From Octopus sinensis (Eukaryota): 33,820 bases of DNA. Location: positions 1-33,820 of the forward strand of contig NW_021831911.1 of assembly GCF_006345805.1 (NCBI RefSeq). The letters are read 5' to 3'. The notes below the pieces were generated by a model that saw only the letters and a program-made list of their open reading frames with translations, was not told the origin of the DNA and did not search any database. Position 1 is the stretch's first letter; the number at the start of each line of letters is the position of its first letter. Shown here one piece after another: positions 1-11,964 of the stretch. Both the position numbers and the translations under genes were made by a program.

Positions 1-406
1 CACCACCACCAACACCACCAACACCACCAAAACCACCACCATCAATAATTCATTTTTCGGTTCCTGTCCATCTTACTTTTTCCTCTTTCTTTTCTTTTTT
101 CTGGCAGATTATAATACAACAACAAACAACAAACAATACAGGAAAATGTTAATAATAATCATAGTCAGGTTTCTGAGGTTTCTGAGGTTTTGGTTTTTTT
201 TACAAAAATTTTATGCTTTTTTTTTTTCTTTGCAAAAATGCAACAAAACTGCAATTTGTACAGCTGCTGTTTGTGATCCCTTTAAAGGGGTTTTCATCGA
301 CACGATAACATTGATGTTGTTGATGTCGACGACGATGATGATGATAATGATGACGACGACGACGCTGGTGATAGTAATGATGGTAGTTGTAATTGTTGGT
401 TATTAT

Positions 407-592
407 GGTCTCTTTTGCCGAACCGCTAAGTTACGGGGACGTAAACACACCAGCATCGGTTGTCAAGCGATGTTGGTGGGGGTGGGGACAAACACAGACG
501 CACAAACATATACACACACATGCATATATATATATAAGACGGGCTTCTTTCAGTGTCCGTCTACCAAATCCACTCACAATGCTTTGGTCGGC
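407..592 (-). mobile_element. SINE B (CORE-type tRNA SINE), internal fragment
   Basis: Reverse complement reads GCCGACCAAAGCATTGTGAGTGGATTTGGTAGACGG...AACTTAGCGGTTCGGCAAAAGAGACC, collinear with the fuller copies at 1181-1544 and 12398-12795. Confidence 0.9.
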
Positions 593-810
593 GGTAGCAG
601 CGGTAGTAGCAATGTCGCTTTCGTCATCGTTGTCATCGGTGTCATCATCATCATCATCATCGTCTCGTCATCATCATCATCGTCTCGTCGTCATCATCAT
701 TGTCTTCGTCGTCTCGTGCTCGCTGTCATCATCATCATTGTCTTTATAACGAATCGCATTATCATGATTTCCCCACAGGAAAAGATGGAGATCTTATAAT
801 ACAAATAACG

Positions 811-863
811 TATTACGATCTGAGTTCAAATCTTAACTGAGATCCGACTTTACTTTTTCATTT
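811..863 (+). mobile_element. SINE A fragment (B-box region)
   Basis: TACGATCTGAGTTCAAATC...GATCCGACTTTACTTTTTCAT aligns with the A consensus TACGTTCTGAGTTCAAATTCCGCCGAGGTCGACTTTGCCTTTCAT. Confidence 0.65.
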
Positions 864-942
864 TTTTTTTGAAAAAAACATAAAATCAAACAAAATTACC
901 AACAATAGGCGTAGGAGTGGCTGTGTGGTATGTATAGGTGTA

Positions 943-1178
943 GGCGGCGAGCTGGCAGAAACGCTAGCACGCCGGGCGAAATGTTTAGCGGTATTTCGTC
1001 TGGCGCAACGTTGTGAGTTCAAATTTCGCTGAGGTCGACTTTGCCTTTCATCCTTTCGGGGTCGATAAATTAAGTACCAGTTACGCACTGGCGTCGATGT
1101 AATCGACTTAATACCTATATCTGTCCTTGTTTGTCCCCTCTATGTTTAGCCCCTTGTGGGTAATAAAGAAATAGGTAT
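943..1178 (+). mobile_element. SINE A, full-length monomer, tail type 1, inserted into the head of a SINE B
   Basis: A-box-like GGCGAGCTGGCAGAA, B-box-like GAGTTCAAAT, core CCTTTCATCCTTTCGGGGTCGATAAATTAAGTACCAG, ends AAAGAAATAGGTAT; flanked by direct repeat GGTATGYATAGGTGTAGG. Confidence 0.92.
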
Positions 1179-1180
1179 GC

Positions 1181-1544
1181 ATAGGTGTAGGAGTGGCTGT
1201 GTGGTAAGTAGCTTGCTTAGCAACCACATGGTTCCGGCTTTCAGTCCCACTGCGTGGCGAGTTGGGCAACTATAGCTTCGGGCCGACCAAAGCATTGTGA
1301 GTGGATTTGGTAGACGGACACTGAAAGAAGCCCGTCTTATATATATATATGCATGTGTGTATATGTTTGTGCGTCTGTGTTTGTCCCCACCCCCACCAAC
1401 ATCGCTTGACAACTGATGCTGGAGTGTTTACGTCCCCGTAACTTAGCGGTTCGGCAAAAGAGACCGATAGAATTAGTACTAGGCTTACAAAGAATAAGTC
1501 CTGGGGTCGATTTGCTCAACTAAAAGGCGGTGCTCCAGCATGGT
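1181..1544 (+). mobile_element. SINE B, near full length (tRNA head, CORE-like segment, internal TA/TG microsatellite, tail truncated)
   Basis: Head GGAGTGGCTGTGTGG ... TTCAGTCCC, CORE-like segment partly deleted, tail GGCGGTGCTCCAGCATGG; about ten related copies in the window. Confidence 0.9.
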
Positions 1545-1622
1545 GGTGAAGCTTCTTCAGTAACCATATCGCTGCCCAATAACAAAATATGTGCATACTA
1601 CTGAAATAAAAGTCATTATGAA

Positions 1623-1960
1623 GAAACAATAATCTGTTATATCTCGGGAGGGTCAGTATGCCAATAATTGACACATACACCGCTTCTATTTCATTACGTT
1701 ATTTTTATTTCTGAATTGGTTAACCATTTAAACAATTGACTAATCGGCTAACTGCTGAATAAACCAGTCTATCAGCTAGGTTTGCGACGAAAGGGAAACG
1801 AAACCTAGCTGACTGACCGAACGATTAATCAAACAGTCGACTAATTAATTGGTTATATGTTTAAACAACTTACAAATCAAAATACAGAAGTGAAATAGTA
1901 CCAGGGTGTGTGTTTATTATTGACGTAATGACCCTCCCGGGATACAAAGAAATATGTTTC
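1623..1960. mobile_element. Old fold-back / MITE-like imperfect palindrome; arms related to repeat family E
   Basis: Perfect 12-bp central stem TCAGCTAGGTTT (1772-1783) / AAACCTAGCTGA (1801-1812); arms align outward, e.g. TATCTCGGGAGGGTCA vs TGACCCTCCCGGGATA, symmetric about 1792. Confidence 0.75.
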
Positions 1961-2240
1961 AACACACGAGTTCACGTCAGGAATCTTGCAAACGTGATAC
2001 AAAAATGAAACAGAAACGGTATATATTTTTTTAGGAAAAACCTTTTTATGATTGGATGTTTTCTGTAACTCGAGCAATTCCACAAAACTGCGAGATGCAT
2101 ACGTCATACATTTCAACATTTTTACTCACACGTCTTGTGTTGGTTATGATAGTTTTTACCTCTTCCTCATCTATCATTTCGGAATATTTTTGTCATTTAC
2201 GTTGCTTCAGAGAACCAATTTAGAACGCATACTGTCATAC

Positions 2241-2390
2241 CTGAACTTCCCTCTAACACTTTCAACTCTAGCAGCTGTTAGCTTGGTAGCGAATTTGGAG
2301 AGTTTGTTAGAGGATCGGATAAGATGTTTTCTGGCATCCGTTCTGGCGGTTTTAGTCAAAACCCATTCCAGGCCGACTTTGTCTTTCAAA
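2241..2390 (-). CDS. Candidate internal coding exon (150 bp, phase 2-2), product unidentified: LKDKVGLEWVLTKTARTDARKHLIRSSNKLSKFATKLTAARVESVRGKF
   Basis: Acceptor TTATTATTTCTAAAAG|, donor CAG|GTATGA, length a multiple of 3, only one open frame, non-repetitive and more GC-rich than its flanks. Confidence 0.6.
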
Positions 2391-2488
2391 CTTTTAGAAA
2401 TAATAAACTACCGGACCATACTGAGTTCGATTCTTCGTTTCTCATATTCTCTATATGTCTGTCTCTGCAATAAAAAACCTTGTTAAAC

Positions 2489-2598
2489 CTGGGCAAGAAT
2501 GGATTCCACAAGTTTGTTGACCAAAGCCCATCGTATGTAACAATGGTATTGATATGACAAAACCAGATGTTACGTTGTCTCTGGTAATCAAGAATATT
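2489..2598 (-). CDS. Possible upstream exon (110 bp, phase 0-2): NILDYQRQRNIWFCHINTIVTYDGLWSTNLWNPFLP
   Basis: Would splice in frame to 2241-2390 across a 98-bp GT-AG intron, but both sites are weak (TTTAAG|, AG|GTTTAA). Confidence 0.3.
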
Positions 2599-2730
2599 CT
2601 TAAATGTCGTTCAACTCCTGTTACAAATAGGCTTTTAATTAAAGTATAAAGCAATCACCGTCACAAAATAAACGACATTTTGATAGATATAACAGCCATT
2701 TCACCCTCAAACTACTCGTACTGAAGATTC

Positions 2731-3148
2731 TTATTTCTTTACTGCCCACAAGGGGTTACACATAGAGAGGTCAAACAAGGAAAGACAAAGGGATTAAGTC
2801 GATTACATCGACCCCAGTGCATAACTGGTACTTAATTTATCGACCCCAAAAGATGAAAGGCAAAGTCGACCATGGCGGAATTTGAACTCCAAACGTAACC
2901 GCAGACGAAATACCTATTTCTATTTCTTTACTACCACAACGGGCTAAACACAGAGAGGACAAACAAGGACAGACAAACGGATTAAGTCGATTACATCGAC
3001 TCCAGTGCGTAACTGGTACTTATTTAATCAACCCCGAAAGGATGAAAGGCAAAGTCGACCTCAGTGGAATTTGAACTCGGAAAATAACGGCAGACGAAAT
3101 ACGGCTACGCATTTCGCCCGGCGTGCTAACGTTTCTGCCAGCTCGCCG
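2731..3148 (-). mobile_element. SINE A head-to-tail dimer
   Basis: Two body+tail units; junction reads GAAATAGGTATTTCGTCTG on the minus strand (about 2902-2920); head ends at GCTCGCC (3147). Confidence 0.92.
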
Positions 3149-3218
3149 TACTGATGATTTTGGTGCAAGATATACGAAAATTAGGAATAGTCATGACTGA
3201 AATTCTTTTGATTGGTAT

Positions 3219-3320
3219 GAAGTGCCTTGCTCAAAGACACAGCGTGTCGCTGGTACTGATATTGGAGCCGTCGGTCATGTGATCATAAGTCGAACACTTA
3301 AGCCCATTAGGCCACGTGCC
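3219..3320 (-). mobile_element. SINE C fragment (tRNA head plus start of core)
   Basis: Minus strand GGCACGTGGCCTAATGG...GCTGTGTCTTTGAGCAAGGCACTT matches the copies at 18514 and 26119. Confidence 0.7.
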
Positions 3321-3429
3321 TTCTGATCTTTAGATACCAAGGATATCTAAGGTTACCTTGGATGATGTAATACTTGGGTACATGAGATCAATCCAATGTT
3401 CATGGCTAATTCTCTTCTTCCTCTGACAA

Positions 3430-3596
3430 CTACTACTACTACTACTACTCTACTACTACTACTACTACTATACTACTACTAGGCTATTACTACCACTGCT
3501 ACTATTGCTTCTGCTACAAGTACTACTACTGCTGGTGGTGGCGCGGGTGGTGGTGCTGCTGCTGTTTCTACTTCAACGGGTTGCCACTACTACAAC

Positions 3597-3647
<51 letters not shown>

Positions 3648-3790
3648 CGATGATGATGTGGAGCTGGTCGTCGACTTCGACGTAGTTGCCGTGGGCGTGG
3701 TGGTCATGATGGTGATGACAACGGCAACGACGATGGTGATGATGACGATGACGATGACGATGACGTTGGCGATGGTGATAAATGAAGATG
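3430..3790. repeat. Compound trinucleotide microsatellite (ACT)n/(GAT)n/(GAC)n
   Basis: Direct reading. Confidence 0.95.
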
Positions 3791-4489
3791 CGGACTTGAC
3801 CATTCATAGTTGGTGATGTTACCAGGAAATTTCATCATTGATTTTTTTTGGGGGGAGAGGAAGTCTTTCGGTATAAGCACATAATATGAAGTGTGTCTAT
3901 TTGAGTTCATGGTGGAGCAGGGAATTTATCCTGAACATAATAAACGTTACAGATGTTTTCGTTCTCACTTTTACCCATTTAGTTTCTATTCATTTTCTAT
4001 AATGTGACCCTTTTTTCTCCCTTTTTTTTCATTCCCTTCCCTTTCCATTTTCCATTCTTCTAAGCACATATGACGTTTTTCTTCGCCTTCAAACGAAATA
4101 TCTATCGTAGCACATACTAACATTTCTGCTTTTCTACACACACGTTAGCATACAGGAAATCACACACGCAGTGAAGAACAATGTCAAAAGTAATAGGAAA
4201 AAAAAAAAAAAACCCTGAAAACAATAAGAGTGTCTGTCTCTCAAATTATGTTAAGTCTCACTGTTCACGACCCCTTAAAAACTCAACCGAATGGAAGGGC
4301 ACATTAACGACACACAGTCAGAAGTTATGCAAAGTTAAAAACTACTTCTCTTAACATACAAGCACACAACCACATACATACACACAGACAGGCAAAAACA
4401 CACTCACACGTACATACACTCGCACACACGTACGCAAGCGCACACACATTACATATGTTCGTCATGTTTGGTCTATATTTCTATTGCAT

Positions 4490-4835
<346 letters not shown>

Positions 4836-4980
4836 TCTCTGTTTATTTTCTCGGTTCCTTTCTGTTGAAGAGCGTAGGCTCGAAACGTAAAAGACTTTCA
4901 CACCTTCCTGAGCGTGATACACATACACGTGTTTGTTGTTTACGCACCTGTCTTCGTCTTTTGTTGTCTTGTTAATTCCA
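4836..4980 (+). mobile_element. Repeat family D, Penelope-like remnant with degenerate minimal hammerhead motif (4858-4893)
   Basis: CTTT-CTGTTGAA-GAGC-GTAG-GCTC-GAAAC-GT-A-AAAG, followed by TTCCTGAGCG...CACCTGTCTTCGTCTTTTG shared with the copies at 25.9 and 27.0 kb. Confidence 0.7.
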
Positions 4981-4993
4981 TCTCTCTCTCTCC

Positions 4994-5026
<33 letters not shown>

Positions 5027-5405
5027 GTTTCTCTTTCTGCATATGTGTGCCTGTGTATATATGCACATATACATACATATATATGTATGTATATATATAT
5101 AAATATATATATATACATGATATATATATATAATATATATATATATATACATACATACATTCATACACACACAAGCGTATAATATAATATATTCATACAT
5201 ATATACATGATATATATACACACATATATGTATATATATATATATATATATATACGTATATACATACATACATACATACATACATACATACATACATAAA
5301 TATATACACACATATATTTATTTATGTATTTATTTATCGATGTATGTATATACACACACACATATGCAGAATGAAAGACAGAGAGAGACAGAGACACATA
5401 GAGAC
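4981..5405. repeat. Compound (CT)n, (TA)n, (TACA)n, (GA/GACA)n microsatellites
   Basis: Direct reading. Confidence 0.93.
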
Positions 5406-5857
5406 AGACACACAGACAGACTGAGATGTCAGACCTGTCATCCGCAAGTGAATATGACGCGATAACTTGCACAATGCTTTTGCTAATTGTTTATGCGTCT
5501 AACACGCAACTAGAACAAAAATATTATTTTAGTGTAAAGTATCTTGGTAGGAACATTGGGAAACATGACATAAGTCCATGACAAGTGTGAAGTTATGAAA
5601 TATAATGAGAGCTAAAATGTAAGTGCACTCACAAAAGAAAATACTCTCTTATTGGTATAGTAAATGTAGACAAACATTAAATATTCATATCTAGGTAAAT
5701 ATGTACATATATTAATGTTCTCCGGACATATACTCGTGCTTCTAACACATGCAGAAGTACGGTTTCATGTAAGTCGTACTTTATGTATATAAAGCAGAAG
5801 ATGCCAGTGCATTATAGAAATTTAAAGCTAAAAATATATTGGTATACTCTTTTAATC

Positions 5858-6026
5858 TTTTACTTGTTTCTTTTGTAAGCCCAGTAGTATTATTCTATCG
5901 GTCTCATTTGCCGGACCGCTAAGTAACGGGGGCATAAACACACCAGCATCGGTTGTCAAGCAATGCTAGGGGGACAAACACAGATACACAAACACACACA
6001 CGCATATATATATATATATGATATAT

Positions 6027-6073
<47 letters not shown>

Positions 6074-6245
6074 TACGACGGGCTTCTTTCAGTTTCCGTC
6101 TACCAAATCCACTCACAAGGCATTGGTCGGCCCGGTGCTATAGCAGAAGACACTCTTGCCCAAGGTGCCACGCAGTGGGACTGAACACCGGAACCATGTG
6201 ATTGGTAAACAAGCTACTTAACACACAACCACTCCTGCGCCTATG
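5858..6245 (-). mobile_element. SINE B, near full length, with expanded internal (TA)n
   Basis: Plus strand shows CTTGCCCAAGGTGCCACGCAGTGGGACTGAAC and ACCACTCCTGCGCCTAT; shares TCTCATTTGCC and AAGCAATGCTAGG variants with the 12398 copy (subfamily). Confidence 0.92.
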
Positions 6246-6275
6246 TCTAATATATATATATATATATTATATATA

Positions 6276-6322
<47 letters not shown>

Positions 6323-6360
6323 TGTGTGTGTGTCTGTATGTGTGTGTGTGTGTGTGTAAT
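6246..6360. repeat. (TA)n/(TG)n microsatellite
   Basis: Direct reading. Confidence 0.95.
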
Positions 6361-7576
6361 CTTTTATATATTATATATCTTTTATATTTTACTGATTTCA
6401 GCACAAGGCTCAGGTCGTGCTGGTGCATCTCCTGTATATACCGTGTCTTGTTTCTGATATTGTTTTTCGCGAAGTAGCGTGTTGGACGGAGCTGCTCTTC
6501 TTTGCGTCTCCTGCCTCGATGCGGGTTCATCTGTTATCTCAGATAGAAACCTGTCCAGACTTCCACATCAACACCATGTAGATTTCTAAGGTTGCCTAGA
6601 AGGATGTTGAACAATTACGGGCCCTTGATACCCAAGCTATTGCAGTACTGTATCCTTATTTTAGATGAGGAAGACGGAATATTTCGTATGATGCAGTGCC
6701 GTCCAGTTCGAGGATTGGTATAACTGTCAGTTCCAAAATTAGAAGTTAAACTCTCCAAGATCTTCCAAATATATATATCACTGCATCTTTCTCTAGTCTC
6801 CTCTCCAGGGAATAGAAACTCAGCTCCTTTAGCCTCTCCCAGTAGCCCATCTTTTGCATCGAGTCAATCTTCTTTGTGTATTGGCGCTGGATTGCATCTA
6901 GTTACAAAGTATGTTTCACACTCTCTGGGGACCATAGTTGAGAGCAGTAGTCCAAGCGGCTGAGAACAAAGGCCTTCTATAGGAGTAGCAGGGCCTCCCT
7001 TTTCCTGGTTCTGAATGTCCTTAGAATCCATCCAGCCACTCGACTGGACAGTGTTGCCACCTTGGTAATATGCACACGGAATGTTTCAACATTGCTCATG
7101 TGAACCCTCAGGTCATGCACCGACTCTGACTCTGGGATCGTATTACCTTCTGGTCTAGTGTATTCCGATTTTAGCCTGGGGTTGGACCGATAGTGGAGTG
7201 CCTGAAATTTCATAGCATTCAACTGCATGTTATTTTTATTAGCCCATATGTAGATTTCGTTCAGATCTTTCTGCAGTTTTATGATATCCTCTGGATTCCT
7301 AACTGCCTGCGATACTTTTGTGTCGGCAGCATAATCGGTCAGAGTGGCTAACTGCACCGCGGAGGGCATGGCTGAGAGGGCCTCCGCAAATAGTAGTGGC
7401 CCCAGTACAGTTCTCTGTGGGACTCCTCTGGGAATTTGTGTCTCTTCAGAGTGAGCACCATTGGCTACAACTGTCTGACTTCTGCCCTTCAGAAAATCAT
7501 GCAGCCACTCTCCCAGTTCACCGATAATACCAAGGTTTAGCAGCTTGTGAAATATGTCACAATCAACCTTCTTCTG
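6361..7576 (-). mobile_element. 5'-truncated, decayed CR1-clade non-LTR retrotransposon (RT C-terminal half plus 3' UTR)
   Basis: Translation gives GVPQRTVLGPLLF, YAADTK (YADD with a catalytic Asp lost), then past a stop KAFVLSRLDYCSQLWSP...YWERLKELSFYSLERR...PRTGRHC; several in-frame stops; ends in a short AT-rich repeat tail. Confidence 0.9.
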
Positions 7577-7694
7577 TAAATAATAATAATAGTATTTTAG
7601 AAGCTTAATGCTTATAGCGGTCACCGCTCAATGACTAATGAATAATAGTCTAATAATGTAACATAAAAACACTCGACAAAAAGTAGGTCTTCCA

Positions 7695-7802
7695 TACATA
7701 CACACACGCATATACACACACATACATACATATATACATACATACATACATATATACATACATACATGCATATATATATATATATATACATACATACATA
7801 CA

Positions 7803-7846
<44 letters not shown>

Positions 7847-7960
7847 TATATGTGTAAATATTCTACACGTATGCTTATATAGATATATATATACATATAT
7901 TACATATATTTATGTGTGCGTGAGTGTGTATGTGTTAGTGCGTGAGTGTGCGTGTGTTAG
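7695..7960. repeat. (CATA)n/(TA)n/(TG)n microsatellite
   Basis: Direct reading. Confidence 0.93.
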
Positions 7961-8799
7961 CGGAAGAGGGGGGTAAGATAAAACAATGCGTTAAAATAAT
8001 AGATGTAAGGATATATACAAGACAAACTGAAACTTGGAACAAAACAGAGATGATACTGAGCGGATGGGTCCCAGTGAAAGATCACAGCTCCCTATGCAAG
8101 AATGCCTTATTTCTTTTCTAGCGAGAATACATCACAGATTCGCATGTTTAAAATGTATAACATAGATAGACAAGCAAGAAACGAACAATAATAATATGTA
8201 AACCAAAAAAAGAAAGGAATAAAAAAGCAAAAAATAAAGCAGAAACAGAAACAATTCTACAGGATTGAACACGTAAAAATGACTCAACAAAAAAGTGATA
8301 TATCTTTTCAAAAACGGCACCGAAAATTTATAAAAGATCCCTAGGCTACAGTTCCTTCCCAACCCGCTTCAGGGAGAGAAAACAAATATATAAAAGAAAA
8401 GGTTAAAAAAAAAACAAAAAAACACAAGAAGAAAAAATCTTCCATTTTTTGAGTTTTGTTTTCTTCTTCGCAAATTCCTCTGCAATGTTTTCAATGAATG
8501 GTACTTGGTATTTGGTGAAATATCTTTGAAATTCTAGACAATATGCTAGCTAATGAGGCTGACTGTAAAGACAACAGTTGTGCCAACAAAACTCTCTCTG
8601 AGTTTATTTAGAAATAGAGACCCATTCCGTTTTCTATTCTCTAAATACACACTTGAGTGCTTCTCTACATTTTCTCTCTCTCTCTCCCTCATCTCTTCAA
8701 ATCTGGCAGAACATCACCTTTCCTTTTCTTTTTTTGCTTTCCCTTTTTTCTGTGTGTTTTCTTTATGCTGTCCTGGTATTTCTTCTTCCTTCCTAGTCC

Positions 8800-9399
<600 letters not shown>

Positions 9400-9410
<11 letters not shown>

Positions 9411-9439
9411 GGAACGAGAGGTGGTGGCGAGGAACGAGA
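9400..9439. repeat. Perfect 20-bp tandem duplication GGTGGTGGCGAGGAACGAGA x2
   Basis: Direct reading. Confidence 0.9.
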
Positions 9440-9644
9440 TATTGTTACAGATATTTTTTATTCCTAGAATGAAGAGTAAATACGACCCGAGAGCATTCAG
9501 TTACTCAGGGTGCAAATATGAATAATGGTCTCACTTTCCAGTGAGTTTCATCTGACAAGGATCACCAGATATAACATTATCGACCTGCAAGAAATAGCAG
9601 CCGATTCTCTATCAAATTTATACACTTAACTTCGTATCTAACGA

Positions 9645-9760
9645 CTGGCTGGACACATTAGATAATCTAAATCTACTTGTCTTTTTTTTGATTTTTTTTT
9701 TTAAAAGAGAAAGTGGGAATTGTGATACAAAGAATGTCTTTGATCTGGGAACTGAATCGC
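9645..9760 (+). repeat. Repeat family E, 3' part
   Basis: ACATTAGATAATCTAAATCTAC and TGTCTTTGATCTGGGAACTGAA match 12160-12240. Confidence 0.7.
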
Positions 9761-9779
9761 AACAACCGATGCGTATACA

Positions 9780-9906
9780 ACTTCTACTACTACTCCTCCT
9801 GATGATGATGATGATGATGGTGATGGTGATGGTGATGGTGGTGGTGGTGGTGGTGGTGGTGGTGGTGATGGTGATGGTGGTGATGGTGATGATGATGGTG
9901 ATGATG

Positions 9907-9938
<32 letters not shown>

Positions 9939-10215
9939 GGTTATGATGGTGATGATATTACTACTATTACGATTGATATTGTTGCTACTACTACTACTAC
10001 TACTACTACAACTACTACTTCTAGTCTTGTTAGCTGCTAATAGTGATGATGATGGTGGTGATGTTGTTATTGTTGTTGTTGTTGGTGTTGGTAATGGCGG
10101 TGGGTCGTCGTCGTCGTGGTTATGATGACGGTGACGACATCGACGACGACGATGACGCTGCCGCCGCCGCCGACGATGATGATGATGTTGATGATGATTG
10201 ATAATGATGATGAAC
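9780..10215. repeat. Compound (GAT/GGT/CTA/GTT/GAC)n array
   Basis: Direct reading. Confidence 0.95.
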
Positions 10216-10217
10216 TC

Positions 10218-10290
10218 AGCGTGATTTGAAACTTAGAGAATAGGTAGCCGGAAGAAATGTTTGCTAAGCATTTTGTTCGGTACGCTCAAT
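10218..10290 (-). mobile_element. SINE A head fragment (variant)
   Basis: GATTTGAAACTTAGA...GAAATGTTTGCTAAGCATTTTGTTCGGTACGCTC; same variant as about 24190-24258. Confidence 0.7.
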
Positions 10291-10894
10291 GATGATGTCG
10301 ATGATGAGGAGGAGGAGGACGACGACGATGACTACTACTACTAATATTCCTACACCTACTACTACTACTACTACTACTACTGGTTTTGATATTGGCATAT
10401 GACTTCTTTTTTCTCTGTTTTCTCCTTGGTAATATAAAATCTGTGTAAATGCGTTCAACATAGCGTGTTCATCCTTTTTCATTTTTTTTCTTCTTTAATT
10501 TGGTGGGATTTATTCGTAAGCCATGTGATACGTGAATGCAGACACGAATGAGAAATTGAAATAAAAAAAAGAAAACTATCGTTTGTCAACGATAAAATTT
10601 GTCATTTTATTTTGACTGAAGCCCCGTGAGGAATGACATTCAACACTTTATCGGAGGAGGAATTCCAAAAAACATCCCTTCACGCAATTATGTTATACTT
10701 CTTGGGATCCGAAAACCACGGAGGGTGGCTTGAAAATACGTCTGTAAAAGGCAGTAGGGAATTTCTAACATTGTCGCAAGGCCCGTATATTTGGGGCTAG
10801 GAAATTAGCTATATAAATCGCCCCCTCTTCGTCTTGACCCTATTGTATCGACCCGCGAGAGGTACTGCTGATCTTGAGAGGATTTTAGCTCAAT

Positions 10895-11755
<861 letters not shown>

Positions 11756-11964
11756 ACGAAAACTATCCTGTTTAATATGCGCAGAAAGACGCAAATCCTG
11801 AAGGAGGATGTAGAGGATTAAAATAATTTCGGCATTTGACTGGTTCTTTATATTAGCAACTACGGAAGGATAAATGTCAAGCTGTCTCCCGCAGAAGTTG
11901 AACTCAAAATACGGGCCTTCATTAAGTTCGGCTCAATTGATAACTGCTTTGTATTTCGTTTTTG

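Noticed and set aside
146-799. 217-aa ORF
   Set aside because: Made of trinucleotide repeats plus an antisense SINE B fragment
858-1088. Recurrent MRNWYL...RKDERQSRPRRNLNS ORFs (also 19156, 19323, 29198, 29711)
   Set aside because: Antisense translation of SINE A, not a gene family
1784-1812. GACGAAAGGGAAACGAAACC in the palindrome loop as a hammerhead remnant
   Set aside because: CTGA is missing and stem II is absent
1875-1990. Minus-strand exon with TTTGCAAG acceptor and GTAAGT donor
   Set aside because: It is the right arm of the fold-back/family E repeat; exonisation cannot be shown from sequence alone
3151-3182. CTGATGA...GAAA, and CTGAAGA at 2721 and 24586
   Set aside because: No compatible stems; expected by chance in AT-rich DNA
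6977-7624. Active reverse transcriptase gene
   Set aside because: YADD reads YAAD, there are in-frame stops downstream, and the endonuclease and RT N-terminus are absent
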